Origin: a candidate division FCPU426 bacterium
Lineage (GTDB): Bacteria; Oederibacteriota; JAAXVQ01; JAUVAV01
Reading direction: 5' to 3'
DNA: 64,000 nt
Assembly (NCBI GenBank): GCA_030637655.1
Contig: DAOWGI010000027.1
Coordinates: 57,576 to 121,575 of the forward strand
Shown one piece after another: positions 50,265 through 59,538 of the stretch (position 1 is its first letter; every line of letters starts with the position of its first letter). The position numbers and the translations under genes are program-made. The notes under the pieces were generated by a model, which saw only the letters and a program-made list of their open reading frames with translations, was not told the origin of the DNA and did no database searches.

Positions 50265-50618
50265 TCATTCTCGAGGTTCGACCGCCATCTCAGGTGAAAC
50301 AAAGCGATACACGATCTCATCCTTGCGAACCATACCTAATTCTTCCCGCGCAATACGCTCCACTGCCTTGGGATCGGTTTTCAAATCCTCAATCTGCTGT
50401 GCCAGTTTTTTATTTTGATCCTTCATTTCATCAATTTGAGTTGTTAAATGGTCCTGTTCTCGATACAACGCAATCACTGTGAACAGACTTTTTTTTCCGG
50501 CCAGCAGTAACACCAGAATAATAACCACTCCCATTCCGGTCAACACACTCCACCAAACGCGACCGGTCCCGGGCACTTTAAAAACATAACGAGAATTGGG
50601 ACGGTATATCTTGGCCAT
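50265..50618 (-). CDS. ftsB: Septum formation initiator FtsB/DivIC
   Basis: One TM helix, a coiled coil and ERIAREELGMVRKDEIVY. Confidence 0.88.
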   Translation of the reverse strand: MAKIYRPNSRYVFKVPGTGRVWWSVLTGMGVVIILVLLLAGKKSLFTVIALYREQDHLTTQIDEMKDQNKKLAQQIEDLKTDPKAVERIAREELGMVRKDEIVYRFVSPEMAVEPRE

Positions 50619-50716
50619 CCTAAAAAACCTCTCCAAATAAAAAAACCACCCTGAACCGATAACGATCACAAGTGGTTTGCTTTTTTTCCTGATACCTGAT
50701 TTTGGGCATATGCGTT

Positions 50717-51076
50717 TTAAGTTAATTCTTTTTCAAATTTCGGCAACGCCTTTTTCACTTCCAGCCGTCCGCGTCCCAAATTCCCTTCCAAATTCAACGC
50801 AATGGCTACAAAATAATCGGCGCTCACTGTATTCATGATCATCGTAGCTTTTTCCGTGCTAATTAAAATCTCGCTGGTTTTTCCCAAGCCGAAATTCTCC
50901 GAGGCTTTTTTCGCATTTTTAATAATGGTGGCATATTCAGCACCCACATCGCTGATATTAAAATCACCTTTCAATGCAATCTGCTCGATGACAATACCGT
51001 CGGTTCCCACCAAACCGGCGCCAATCGCGCCATCCACATTGGCTACAATTTCATTCAGTATGGCTTTAAAATCCAT
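50717..51076 (-). CDS. Roadblock/LC7 domain protein
   Basis: VDGAIGAGLVGTDGI...GNLGRGRL pattern. Confidence 0.85.
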   Translation of the reverse strand: MDFKAILNEIVANVDGAIGAGLVGTDGIVIEQIALKGDFNISDVGAEYATIIKNAKKASENFGLGKTSEILISTEKATMIMNTVSADYFVAIALNLEGNLGRGRLEVKKALPKFEKELT

Positions 51077-51105
51077 CGTTTCTCCGTAACGTTTTTTTCG
51101 TAAGG

Positions 51106-52335
51106 CTAACGTAATGCTTTGACAACTTCGCTCATGGCCAAACGCATTTTGCCCAAATTAATATTTTCATCGGCCATCACAACCAGAATCTTTGACCCAA
51201 TTTTACTAAAAATAATCTGTCCCTTCTCTCCGGTAATCAGAATTTGATTCACCTGCTTGCCGTAATCCATGGCCTGAACCGATTTCTCGGTCTTGCTAAA
51301 AATCAGGGAGACCGTGTTTGTCAATTCCGGCGTACCGGCTTTGGTTTTTAATGTGCTGGACAAAACCTTGCCGTGAATATCCATCAACATAATTCCGACT
51401 ATTCCTTCCGTCTGCTTTAACTTGCTCAAAGCCGGCATTTTGTCGATATCCACAACTTCTTCCGAACCTTTGGTATTGACTATTTTTGATTCTGCCGACT
51501 TCGGCGCCACTGGTGTTGCTTTCACTGGCGCAGTGGCCGCTGCTTTGGGCTTAACCACCGATTTGATCGGTGGCGGCGAAGTCCGCGGCACTGTATCTTT
51601 CATGACCGACAAAATATCGTCGGAAGTAATTTTGTCATTGTCCCGAAAACTGCTGACTATATCTGTCTTGGATCGGACCACCGTTTTTGGGAGAGTACTG
51701 GCTTTTACTTTACGTAATTCTAAATCCTTTAAACGCTGGCGAACAACCAAATTCTCCGGATCTGCCTCAAGAATCAACCGGTAGAGTCTGATGGCGTTTT
51801 CAATATCACCTTGCTTGCTCAGCTCTTCCGCACGGGAAAGATTCTTCTTTTTATCCTGTTCGACTGCTCCGCCGCCGGACGAACCTGCCGGAGCGCCTTT
51901 CGGCGGAGCGCTTTGCCGCGCCAGCTCCAAGGCTTTGTTCAGCATTTGCTGCGCGGTAATATCGTCCGGATTCAAGGTGAGTACTTTTTGGTACTCTTTG
52001 ATCGCATCCGCAAACTTCGCCTGTTTCATGTAGTTTTGTCCCAAAAGCGAGTGTGCCATGATATTGTTCACATCCGCAGAAGCCACCTTGCGAAATTCGG
52101 TCTCCGCCTCCTCGTACATCTTCTTTTCCATATACGCGCGGCCCAAAACCATCCTGGCGCTCATGTACGAGGGATGAAGTTGTAATCCTTTTACGCAGGT
52201 CTCGATTGCTTCATCGAGCATTCCGCTTTTGCGATAAGACTCAGCCAGCGGGACAAACACCAATGATTCAGGATTATTATTTAATTTTTTACTATATTCT
52301 TCAACTTCGGTAAATCCGGAATCGTCTTTTGCCAT
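51106..52335 (-). CDS. TPR protein with C-terminal roadblock/LC7 domain
   Basis: N-terminal PESLVFVPLAESYRKSG TPRs, P/A/K-rich linker, C-terminal GIVGIMLMDIHG...NLGKMRL. Confidence 0.8.
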   Translation of the reverse strand: MAKDDSGFTEVEEYSKKLNNNPESLVFVPLAESYRKSGMLDEAIETCVKGLQLHPSYMSARMVLGRAYMEKKMYEEAETEFRKVASADVNNIMAHSLLGQNYMKQAKFADAIKEYQKVLTLNPDDITAQQMLNKALELARQSAPPKGAPAGSSGGGAVEQDKKKNLSRAEELSKQGDIENAIRLYRLILEADPENLVVRQRLKDLELRKVKASTLPKTVVRSKTDIVSSFRDNDKITSDDILSVMKDTVPRTSPPPIKSVVKPKAAATAPVKATPVAPKSAESKIVNTKGSEEVVDIDKMPALSKLKQTEGIVGIMLMDIHGKVLSSTLKTKAGTPELTNTVSLIFSKTEKSVQAMDYGKQVNQILITGEKGQIIFSKIGSKILVVMADENINLGKMRLAMSEVVKALR

Positions 52336-52352
52336 AACATAAACCTCCGCCC

Positions 52353-53447
52353 TCAGGCACCGCCCATAATGGTTTCAAGTACCCGGTGCACAGAAAAAGA
52401 CGGTATTTTCTTCATAATTCTAGCATGACCAATATAGGGTGTCAATATAAAATTATTTTCGCCGGCTAGAACTTTTTTGTCAGTTTTCATGTGCTCCCAA
52501 ATTTTAGCAACCTTTTCGCGTTTCCCTCGGATTGGTAATTTTGCTTGATATAATAATGAAACTTGTCGTTTCACCGTCTCTTGTTTGCATATACCGAGCT
52601 GTGCTGCCAAGTGCGCTGCCATGACCATGCCAATGGCCACGGCTTCTCCATGCGTATAGCCTTGATAGTGATGATACGTTTCCAGAGCATGTCCAAAAGT
52701 ATGGCCATAGTTCAAAATAGCACGCAGCCCCCGCTCTGTCTCATCTTTTTCCACCACCGCGCCTTTTATACTGCAACTTTTGATAATGGCTTTACTTAAC
52801 AGGTTCATGTCCAGCGCCATAATGCCGGGCATATCTTTCTCCAACTGCCGGAAAAATTTCGCGTCCGCAATAATTGCGGCTTTTATCATTTCCGCCAGAC
52901 CGGATCGAAATTGGCGCGCAGTCAAGGTTTTGAGTACTTTCGGATCAGTGACAACCAAACGCGGTTGTAAAAAAGCGCCAATCAAATTTTTACCCAGCGT
53001 GTGATTGACCGCAACTTTTCCTCCGACTGAGGAATCCACTTGCGCTAATAACGTAGTGGGTATTTGAATAAACTCAATGCCCCGCATATAGGTTGCAGCC
53101 ACAAATCCGGCCAAATCACCGACTACGCCGCCGCCTAACGCAATCAGACAGGAAGACCGGTCAGCGCGTTTGGCAATCATCCGTCCAATGATTTTCTCAG
53201 CTTGCTGCATGCTTTTAGTGGCTTCGCCTTCCGGAACCAAGATAGGCTGTACTTGAAAACCGGCTTTTTTCAAGGAACGCTCTACCGGGTTCCCGTACCA
53301 GCGATAGATTCTCGGATGCGAAATCAGACAGGCAGTTTTACCGCGCACCTGTTTTTGAGCCAGGGCGCCGACCTCTGTCAACACTCCGGGGTTGACAACA
53401 ATCGGATAATCTCTTTTATCTCCAAAACGGATCCAAACCGTAGACAT
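52353..53447 (-). CDS. aroB: 3-dehydroquinate synthase
   Basis: GEATK, GGGVVGDLAGFVAATYMRG, PTTLLAQVDSSVGGK, LNYGHTFGHALE and HGEAV. Confidence 0.97.
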   Translation of the reverse strand: MSTVWIRFGDKRDYPIVVNPGVLTEVGALAQKQVRGKTACLISHPRIYRWYGNPVERSLKKAGFQVQPILVPEGEATKSMQQAEKIIGRMIAKRADRSSCLIALGGGVVGDLAGFVAATYMRGIEFIQIPTTLLAQVDSSVGGKVAVNHTLGKNLIGAFLQPRLVVTDPKVLKTLTARQFRSGLAEMIKAAIIADAKFFRQLEKDMPGIMALDMNLLSKAIIKSCSIKGAVVEKDETERGLRAILNYGHTFGHALETYHHYQGYTHGEAVAIGMVMAAHLAAQLGICKQETVKRQVSLLYQAKLPIRGKREKVAKIWEHMKTDKKVLAGENNFILTPYIGHARIMKKIPSFSVHRVLETIMGGA

Positions 53448-53641
53448 GCATTCTCCTAAATTTTCGCTGTGTATGGTTTCATAGTATAACATGCCTTGTG
53501 CAATATTTCTCTGTCAGATTGTGCTTTAGACTGATCTTTTCTATATCATTGGGGTCCAAAAATCAATCTTTTTTCCTCGCTCTGCCAAAAAAATGTGGAG
53601 TAAAAATATGGCAAAAACTTGACTCAGCGTCGAGCAAGCAC

Positions 53642-53670
53642 TTGACATCCGGGTACGTGAAGGTTATGAT
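53642..53670 (+). promoter_or_regulatory. sigma70 promoter of the outer-membrane protein gene
   Basis: TTGACA-N17-TATGAT followed by AGGAGG RBS. Confidence 0.75.
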
Positions 53671-53706
53671 CAGCAGATTATATTAATTGCAGGAGGTTTT
53701 TTTCGT

Positions 53707-55422
53707 ATGCGTTTTTTCAACTTGACGATTCTGGGTTGTGTTTTACTACTCAGCCTTTTGCCTGTGCTCTCTCAAGCGGATTCCTCTACGGTCGTAGGTC
53801 TTGGCAATGCATCTTTGGTCCTGGAGGATGAAATTACCAAACTCACCATATATAATATGGGCAATCCGGCTGGTATAATTTTTCAGCCCCGGGATAATCG
53901 GCTGGATCTCTCGCTCCAATTTGGGCATGATGAAAAACTGGAAGAATTTACCACTCACTATGCTGATGACACGATGGGAACCTTTTTACTGCCTGAATCT
54001 AAGATTCACTATGATTGGGACCCCTCTACACCAAATACGTACGAATCTGCAACGCAAACGACTACTACCAGGTATTACTATTATTATAATGTTGATTCTA
54101 AAGGTAATACGCTCTTACCGGATACTATTTATTCCTGGAGAACAACCAGAACCTTTTTGGGCCTCCTGCCTTTAAAGCAATCCTTGTATCAGGGGGTGCT
54201 GGCCTGGCCGACTGAAAACTTAGGAATACAGTTTATCCCACAGGTATCTTATCAAAAAGTGGTTTCCAATGACTCTGATCGACTTTCCCCTACCTCCTGG
54301 CAGAACGGAGGTACTATCCGCTGTGCCTATGAGGTTTTTAAAAATGCCTCGTTAGGAGTGGGCCTTACCGGCACCCAGTCGGTCTGGAATTATTCCGGAC
54401 GTGAAGATCAGTCCCGCTTTACTGGTCTGCAAGCTGGTCTGGGATACCGCCTGGTTGAGGTCTTTGATCCTGAAGACCGGCTTACCTTGGGCCTGAGCTT
54501 TGAGGGTGCCCTGGAAAATCAATCCACGCATGCGCATGATCTCTCCACACTGGATTTTCCTCAAGTCAGTAGTTATACCCAGCTCAACCGACCAGTCAGA
54601 TCCGCTTTTCAGGGAGTGTATCATTATAAGAAAGTGATGGATGTTGGGCTAAATCTGGCATATAAATATGACGACAACACGTTAGCTTGGTCTGGCCGGG
54701 ATTACGTAGCTTCTGCCTTGCGAAATGTAGACTATGAGTTGGAATTCCGTGTGCGCTTACCCATGGTACGCGAGGATGATCTCCGCTTTGGAGTAACTTT
54801 TAACAATCAGAGCTTTGATCATCCGTATCCCAACGGATCCCTTGAATTACTGGACACGTCCACTTTGGGTTTTCAGGATCCCATTACCACCTTCACCTCA
54901 GGTATTGGCATTGGTACTGCCATTGTTCCATCCGAAGGCTCGATTTTCTCCCTGGAATACCGCTTGGGGTCATCCAAGAGCCGTCAAGCAAATATGGAAG
55001 AAACCTTGGCTGATTCCGGATACGCCCTATTCTCATTTGGCGTCCAATATCAACTGCTCCCGGGATTGTTTCTAAGGACCAGTTATGTGGACCAACGAGT
55101 AGCCTATGAATCTTATGAAAAAATTCTCGCACATCAGATAATAACCCAAAAAGATCCTAGCGGTGTAGAAACCATTCTCGTTGATAAATATTATACTGCC
55201 GGCGAAAATCTGTTGACCTATTCCACGTATACACGCTCTTTCCGCTTTGGTGTGGGTGTGGAAAAAGGGCCGTGGAAAATTAATCTTACGGGTAATTATT
55301 CTAAAATCACACACAGTCCGGAAGGCTGGGATATCCCGGAAAAACCGATTGCTTTGGACAAGGTGAATAAGGACAAAAGCGAAAACCTGTCTGGCATGCT
55401 GAGTCTGACCTGGATGTATTAA
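53707..55422 (+). CDS. Putative outer-membrane beta-barrel protein
   Basis: Signal peptide, N-terminal G.GNA...NPAG motif (FadL/PorV-like), amphipathic beta strands, C-terminal LSLTWMY aromatic signal. Confidence 0.7.
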   Translation: MRFFNLTILGCVLLLSLLPVLSQADSSTVVGLGNASLVLEDEITKLTIYNMGNPAGIIFQPRDNRLDLSLQFGHDEKLEEFTTHYADDTMGTFLLPESKIHYDWDPSTPNTYESATQTTTTRYYYYYNVDSKGNTLLPDTIYSWRTTRTFLGLLPLKQSLYQGVLAWPTENLGIQFIPQVSYQKVVSNDSDRLSPTSWQNGGTIRCAYEVFKNASLGVGLTGTQSVWNYSGREDQSRFTGLQAGLGYRLVEVFDPEDRLTLGLSFEGALENQSTHAHDLSTLDFPQVSSYTQLNRPVRSAFQGVYHYKKVMDVGLNLAYKYDDNTLAWSGRDYVASALRNVDYELEFRVRLPMVREDDLRFGVTFNNQSFDHPYPNGSLELLDTSTLGFQDPITTFTSGIGIGTAIVPSEGSIFSLEYRLGSSKSRQANMEETLADSGYALFSFGVQYQLLPGLFLRTSYVDQRVAYESYEKILAHQIITQKDPSGVETILVDKYYTAGENLLTYSTYTRSFRFGVGVEKGPWKINLTGNYSKITHSPEGWDIPEKPIALDKVNKDKSENLSGMLSLTWMY

Positions 55423-55702
55423 ACCAAGCAGTAGCAAATGATCTGGACAAATGGGAGCAAATAACTTGAACTGGTCCTGAAAAATATGGGCGCAAAAGAA
55501 AAACAAGCGTTAAAGGACAGGTTCGAGACCAGCCTGCAGGCCGGGAAATGGAGTATAAACTATCCTCTTGGCTGACCAAAAGGGCAAAGATAATATAGTA
55601 TGTGGTGTCGGTTGGGTTGAGACGATTATCGAGATAGGTTTCTATGACAGCAGACGGAATTTTGTAGGGGGCTGAAGATGCCGGACCTAAAAGAGGTTTT
55701 TT

Positions 55703-55999
55703 ATGGTAAACATTAATATTGAGCAGGCCAAGATTGAAGCCTTTTGTAAAAAAAACCATATTTTTAAATTAGCGTTTTTCGGGTCTGTTCTCAGAGATGA
55801 TTTTAAACCTCAGAGTGATGTTGATGTTTTAGTCGAATTTGAAAAAGATCACGTTCCCGGATTGAAGTTCTTCTCAATGGAACAAGAGTTGTCGGAAATT
55901 CTAGATCAGAAAGTAGACCTGAATACTCCGAAATTCTTGAGTAAATATTTTCGGGACCGGGTTATTTCTGAAGCAGAGGTTCAATATGTCGCAGCATGA
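55703..55999 (+). CDS. MNT nucleotidyltransferase antitoxin (MntA-like)
   Basis: FFGSVLRDDFKPQSDVDVLV = GSX10DXD. Confidence 0.92.
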   Translation: MVNINIEQAKIEAFCKKNHIFKLAFFGSVLRDDFKPQSDVDVLVEFEKDHVPGLKFFSMEQELSEILDQKVDLNTPKFLSKYFRDRVISEAEVQYVAA

Positions 56000-56324
56000 A
56001 AATATAGTTTGTTTAAAACATATGTTGGATCATGCCTTGGAAGCTCTGGAGATGGTTTGCGGTAAAAAGAGGAAAGACTTGGACAATGATCGCAAACTTA
56101 ATCTGTCCCTGGTTCGTCTTCTGGAAATTATAGGTGAGGCAGCCGGCCGAATATCCCGTGAAGATCAAAAGCAATATCCGGATATACCTTGGCCGGAAGT
56201 AATTAGTTTGCGCAATCGACTTATCCATGGTTATGACCAGGTTGATTTTGATATTCTTTGGGAAGTTCTTACCAAAGATATTCCTGTAATTATAAATCCC
56301 TTAAAAAAAATTATTTCTCGATAA
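55986..56324 (+). CDS. HEPN/DUF86 RNase toxin (HepT-like)
   Basis: LEIIGEA and RNRLIHGY (RX4HXY); overlaps the MNT gene. Confidence 0.92.
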   Translation: MSQHENIVCLKHMLDHALEALEMVCGKKRKDLDNDRKLNLSLVRLLEIIGEAAGRISREDQKQYPDIPWPEVISLRNRLIHGYDQVDFDILWEVLTKDIPVIINPLKKIISR

Positions 56325-56467
56325 ATATAATATTCTAAAGATCAGGGTTTTTACAAAAGATAGCCACCTGACAAGCAAATTAGTTATTTTACATTTTATG
56401 AAAATTTCACCAACCAGGAACACCTCTGATTTTACACCCCTTTATAGAAAAAGGGCTTGGTCTATAG

Positions 56468-56619
56468 CTACGTTTTCAGCAAATCTCCGCAACTTATATA
56501 CTTTCTAACCACCTCTTCCACAATTGCTCGCAATCGTCCATACTTCTGCCCATACTTCTTCTGATATTCCTCCGGAAACTGGTCAAAATATTTATACAGA
56601 CATCAACTAAAGGCGTGCG
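56468..56619 (-). pseudogene. Remnant of an IS91-family transposase N-terminus
   Basis: RTPL (frameshift) CLYKYFDQFPEEYQKKYGQKYGRLRAIVEEVVRKYISCGDLLKT*, resembling the F...Y..YG..R..V..YL.CGD segment that precedes the Zn-binding motif. Confidence 0.6.
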
Positions 56620-56691
56620 ACATTGAATAGACATTGGATATCTTACCCAGTAAGTATCTTTGCTGAATTGGAATATTTGGTCCATTAGTCA

Positions 56692-59481
56692 CTATTTCAA
56701 AAGGGCGATTTTTTTAATCACTTTTTCTGAGTATCCCGCATCATCCTTGGCCTTAACCAACAACAGATATACACCATTAGCCAAATTCCCCACATAAATG
56801 CGCTCCTCATGCTTGCCTATAGAATAATTCCGCCGAAAGGACAGCACTTCCTGATTCGAAGTTGTGAACAGCTTTGCGCTTACCTCCGCGGATTCCTTCG
56901 TGAAAATGACAATATTGGCATACCTGCCCCGGACCGGATTGGGAGCGGCATAGATGAATTTCTTCGAGATTATTCTTCCGTCAAACCCGGTAATCGGGGT
57001 AGCCGTTGGAATGGGTGTAACAGTCGGTGTTGGAGTAGGCAACAGAGAGTGTGATTTAAACTGATAAACATGATTGTTTTCACCCGCAGCATATACTTCA
57101 AACCGGTTGTCATTATTCGCGTCACCTATGGCAAACTTACGCAAGGGTGTTTGCACGGATCCCAGGTTGTTTGTTGTCCACTGGGTGGTATAGCTGAATT
57201 GATACATATGGCCGTCAGCACACGCCGCATAGACTTCATCCTGACCGTCATTATCTCCATCGCTGACTTTCACGTCATACACTTCGCAGCCAACCTCTCC
57301 AACAATCGTGGTTGACCAGGTGGCTATCTGCCATTTGAACTGGTAAATTTTTCCGTCCTGATTGGCGCCATACACTTCCTTTTGGCCATCGCGGTTTCCG
57401 TCGCCCACAGCCAAACCGTACATTTCTCCCGCGCCCGAACCTACCGTGGTCATTGTCCAGGATGAACCGTTGTATTTGAATTGATGAATAGCATGGTCGA
57501 TGTTTGACGTATATACTTCAAATTCCCCGTCACTATTACCATCACCTGATGCTATGGCATAAATCTGGGAACCTGTATTTCCCAGGTCGGTTATATTCCA
57601 GTTGAAATCCTTTTTGTATTGATAAACATGCTTGTCGCCGCAGGCGGCATAGAGTTCCATTTTACCGTCATTGTCACCGTCGCTGTGGGAAACTGCATAA
57701 ATCTGATTCGGCAGGGCTCCGATGCTTTGTTTGGTCCAGCCGGCGCTTTTAAATTCGTATAGATGATATCCATTGTTTAGTGTAGATCCATATAGGTCAT
57801 AATTGCCGTCTCCGTCCCCATCGCAAACAACCACGCAGCTGTACAGCTCTCCGGTTGCCGTCCCAGGAAGCTTGCTGATGGTCCAATAACTGTCGAAGTA
57901 ATTAAAATATGACAATTGCTGAAACCGGTTCGCCACAAACAGTTCCTGGTAGTCATCATTATCACCGTCGCCTATGGAAAGTCCGTAATAAGGACCTGCC
58001 AGGGTCGGAGCGTCAAGCTGTCCAATATCTTTCACGGTCCATTCAACCGGTGGTTCTACTTTATCCAATACAGCAAAACCTTTGGATAGGGTTGCAATTC
58101 TACCGTTTATATTTACCTGCACATCATAAAATCCGGGGATATCATTCAAAGATAATGTGCAATTCAACTTCCTTAGACTTTCAAGAACAATATTTGTTGC
58201 AAATATTTCTCCTGAACTTTTGACAAGTTTAATGCTGTTGATTTGAGTATATTCAGTACCAAAGAAACTGACAGATATGGTTCTGGATTCAGTCGAATAA
58301 TCAGGGGAAATAATCGAAATGGTGGGAATTGTATAATTGTTGTAAATGGTGATTCTGTTGTTAAAAGTATCAGCCACAACCAGCTTGTTGTTTATTGTCA
58401 ATGCAAAAAGCGGCTGGTATAATTTAGTGGGACCGCAGGATTCTCCCTGGTTTGCAGCATTGCTTGTAAAATTAGACTGGCCAACGACTATATCAGCCGA
58501 TGCATTATTTTCTACAGGAATTGAATTATAAATCAAAACTCGGTTATTCCCTACGTCGGCAATAAACAGTCTGGTTCCCTCAACCCATACATTGGTTGCA
58601 TGGTTTAAAGTATTTGCATCACATGCTCCGCCCTGGTTAATCTCTTTGCTGTTCATATCAACTTGACCTATTGCCAAATCTGCCTCTGCGCCGCTAACTG
58701 CTGGTAAATAATTGTAGATAATAACCCTGCTGTTTTCCCCATCGGATATAAACAATCTTGTTCCGTCACTTGCAACAAATGTCGGATTGTCCAACTTTAT
58801 CGAACTGCAACCATCCGTAACTACAAACATCTCTGGTTGACCAATTACAATATCCGCAGAGGCATTGTGAGTATTAGGTATTGAATTGTAGACCAAGACA
58901 CGATTGTTCATCGTGTCGGCTATAAATAGTTTGCCATTGACAATGAAAACACTATTCGGGTAGCTAAGTGTTTTGCTGCTAGCAGATTCTCCTTGATTGG
59001 CAGTACAACTCCATAAATCCGGTTGTCCAATCACGATATCAGCTTCAGCATTATGCGTGTTTGGCATTGAATTGAATATTAAAACACGATGATTGTATGT
59101 ATCCGCGATAAATAATTTGTCATCATATACACACGCACCAATAGGTGATCTTAAAGTATTTGGACCGCAATTTCCACCTTGATTATATGCTTTGCTGTAA
59201 AATCCGGGTTGGCCAACAACAAGATCAGCTGCTGCATTGTTGGTGTTTGGTATACTGTTATAAATCAATACACGGTGGTTGTTAGTATCAGGCACAACCA
59301 TTTTACTCCCGTCACTATGCAAAAACTGAGGTCTGTACATTTTGTATTCAGAACATCCGGAAGAATTATCAGTATAATTACTTTGACCTACCACAATATC
59401 CGCGGATTGATTGATGACGTATGCAAAAGAAGGTGAGCCTGACAGAACCAGTAAGACCAGCAAAATTATTTTTTCTTTCAT
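56692..59481 (-). CDS. Secreted NHL-repeat + FG-GAP/VCBS-repeat protein with PT linker and C-terminal sorting-like domain
   Basis: Signal peptide; repeated ADT.NHRVLI.N...AD.V.GQ; repeated GDGD.DG..E.YA; PTPTPTVTP; APNPV...LANGVYLL.V tail. Confidence 0.85.
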   Translation of the reverse strand: MKEKIILLVLLVLSGSPSFAYVINQSADIVVGQSNYTDNSSGCSEYKMYRPQFLHSDGSKMVVPDTNNHRVLIYNSIPNTNNAAADLVVGQPGFYSKAYNQGGNCGPNTLRSPIGACVYDDKLFIADTYNHRVLIFNSMPNTHNAEADIVIGQPDLWSCTANQGESASSKTLSYPNSVFIVNGKLFIADTMNNRVLVYNSIPNTHNASADIVIGQPEMFVVTDGCSSIKLDNPTFVASDGTRLFISDGENSRVIIYNYLPAVSGAEADLAIGQVDMNSKEINQGGACDANTLNHATNVWVEGTRLFIADVGNNRVLIYNSIPVENNASADIVVGQSNFTSNAANQGESCGPTKLYQPLFALTINNKLVVADTFNNRITIYNNYTIPTISIISPDYSTESRTISVSFFGTEYTQINSIKLVKSSGEIFATNIVLESLRKLNCTLSLNDIPGFYDVQVNINGRIATLSKGFAVLDKVEPPVEWTVKDIGQLDAPTLAGPYYGLSIGDGDNDDYQELFVANRFQQLSYFNYFDSYWTISKLPGTATGELYSCVVVCDGDGDGNYDLYGSTLNNGYHLYEFKSAGWTKQSIGALPNQIYAVSHSDGDNDGKMELYAACGDKHVYQYKKDFNWNITDLGNTGSQIYAIASGDGNSDGEFEVYTSNIDHAIHQFKYNGSSWTMTTVGSGAGEMYGLAVGDGNRDGQKEVYGANQDGKIYQFKWQIATWSTTIVGEVGCEVYDVKVSDGDNDGQDEVYAACADGHMYQFSYTTQWTTNNLGSVQTPLRKFAIGDANNDNRFEVYAAGENNHVYQFKSHSLLPTPTPTVTPIPTATPITGFDGRIISKKFIYAAPNPVRGRYANIVIFTKESAEVSAKLFTTSNQEVLSFRRNYSIGKHEERIYVGNLANGVYLLLVKAKDDAGYSEKVIKKIALLK

Positions 59482-59538
59482 AGCCACCTCTGCCAAGAGT
59501 TTTTCGGACTTATAATGTCCTTTTACTTATACCGGTGA

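Noticed and set aside
56494-56685. 63-aa minus-strand ORF
   Set aside because: The protein-like signal is mostly in another frame (IS91-like remnant), so this ORF is probably a shadow.
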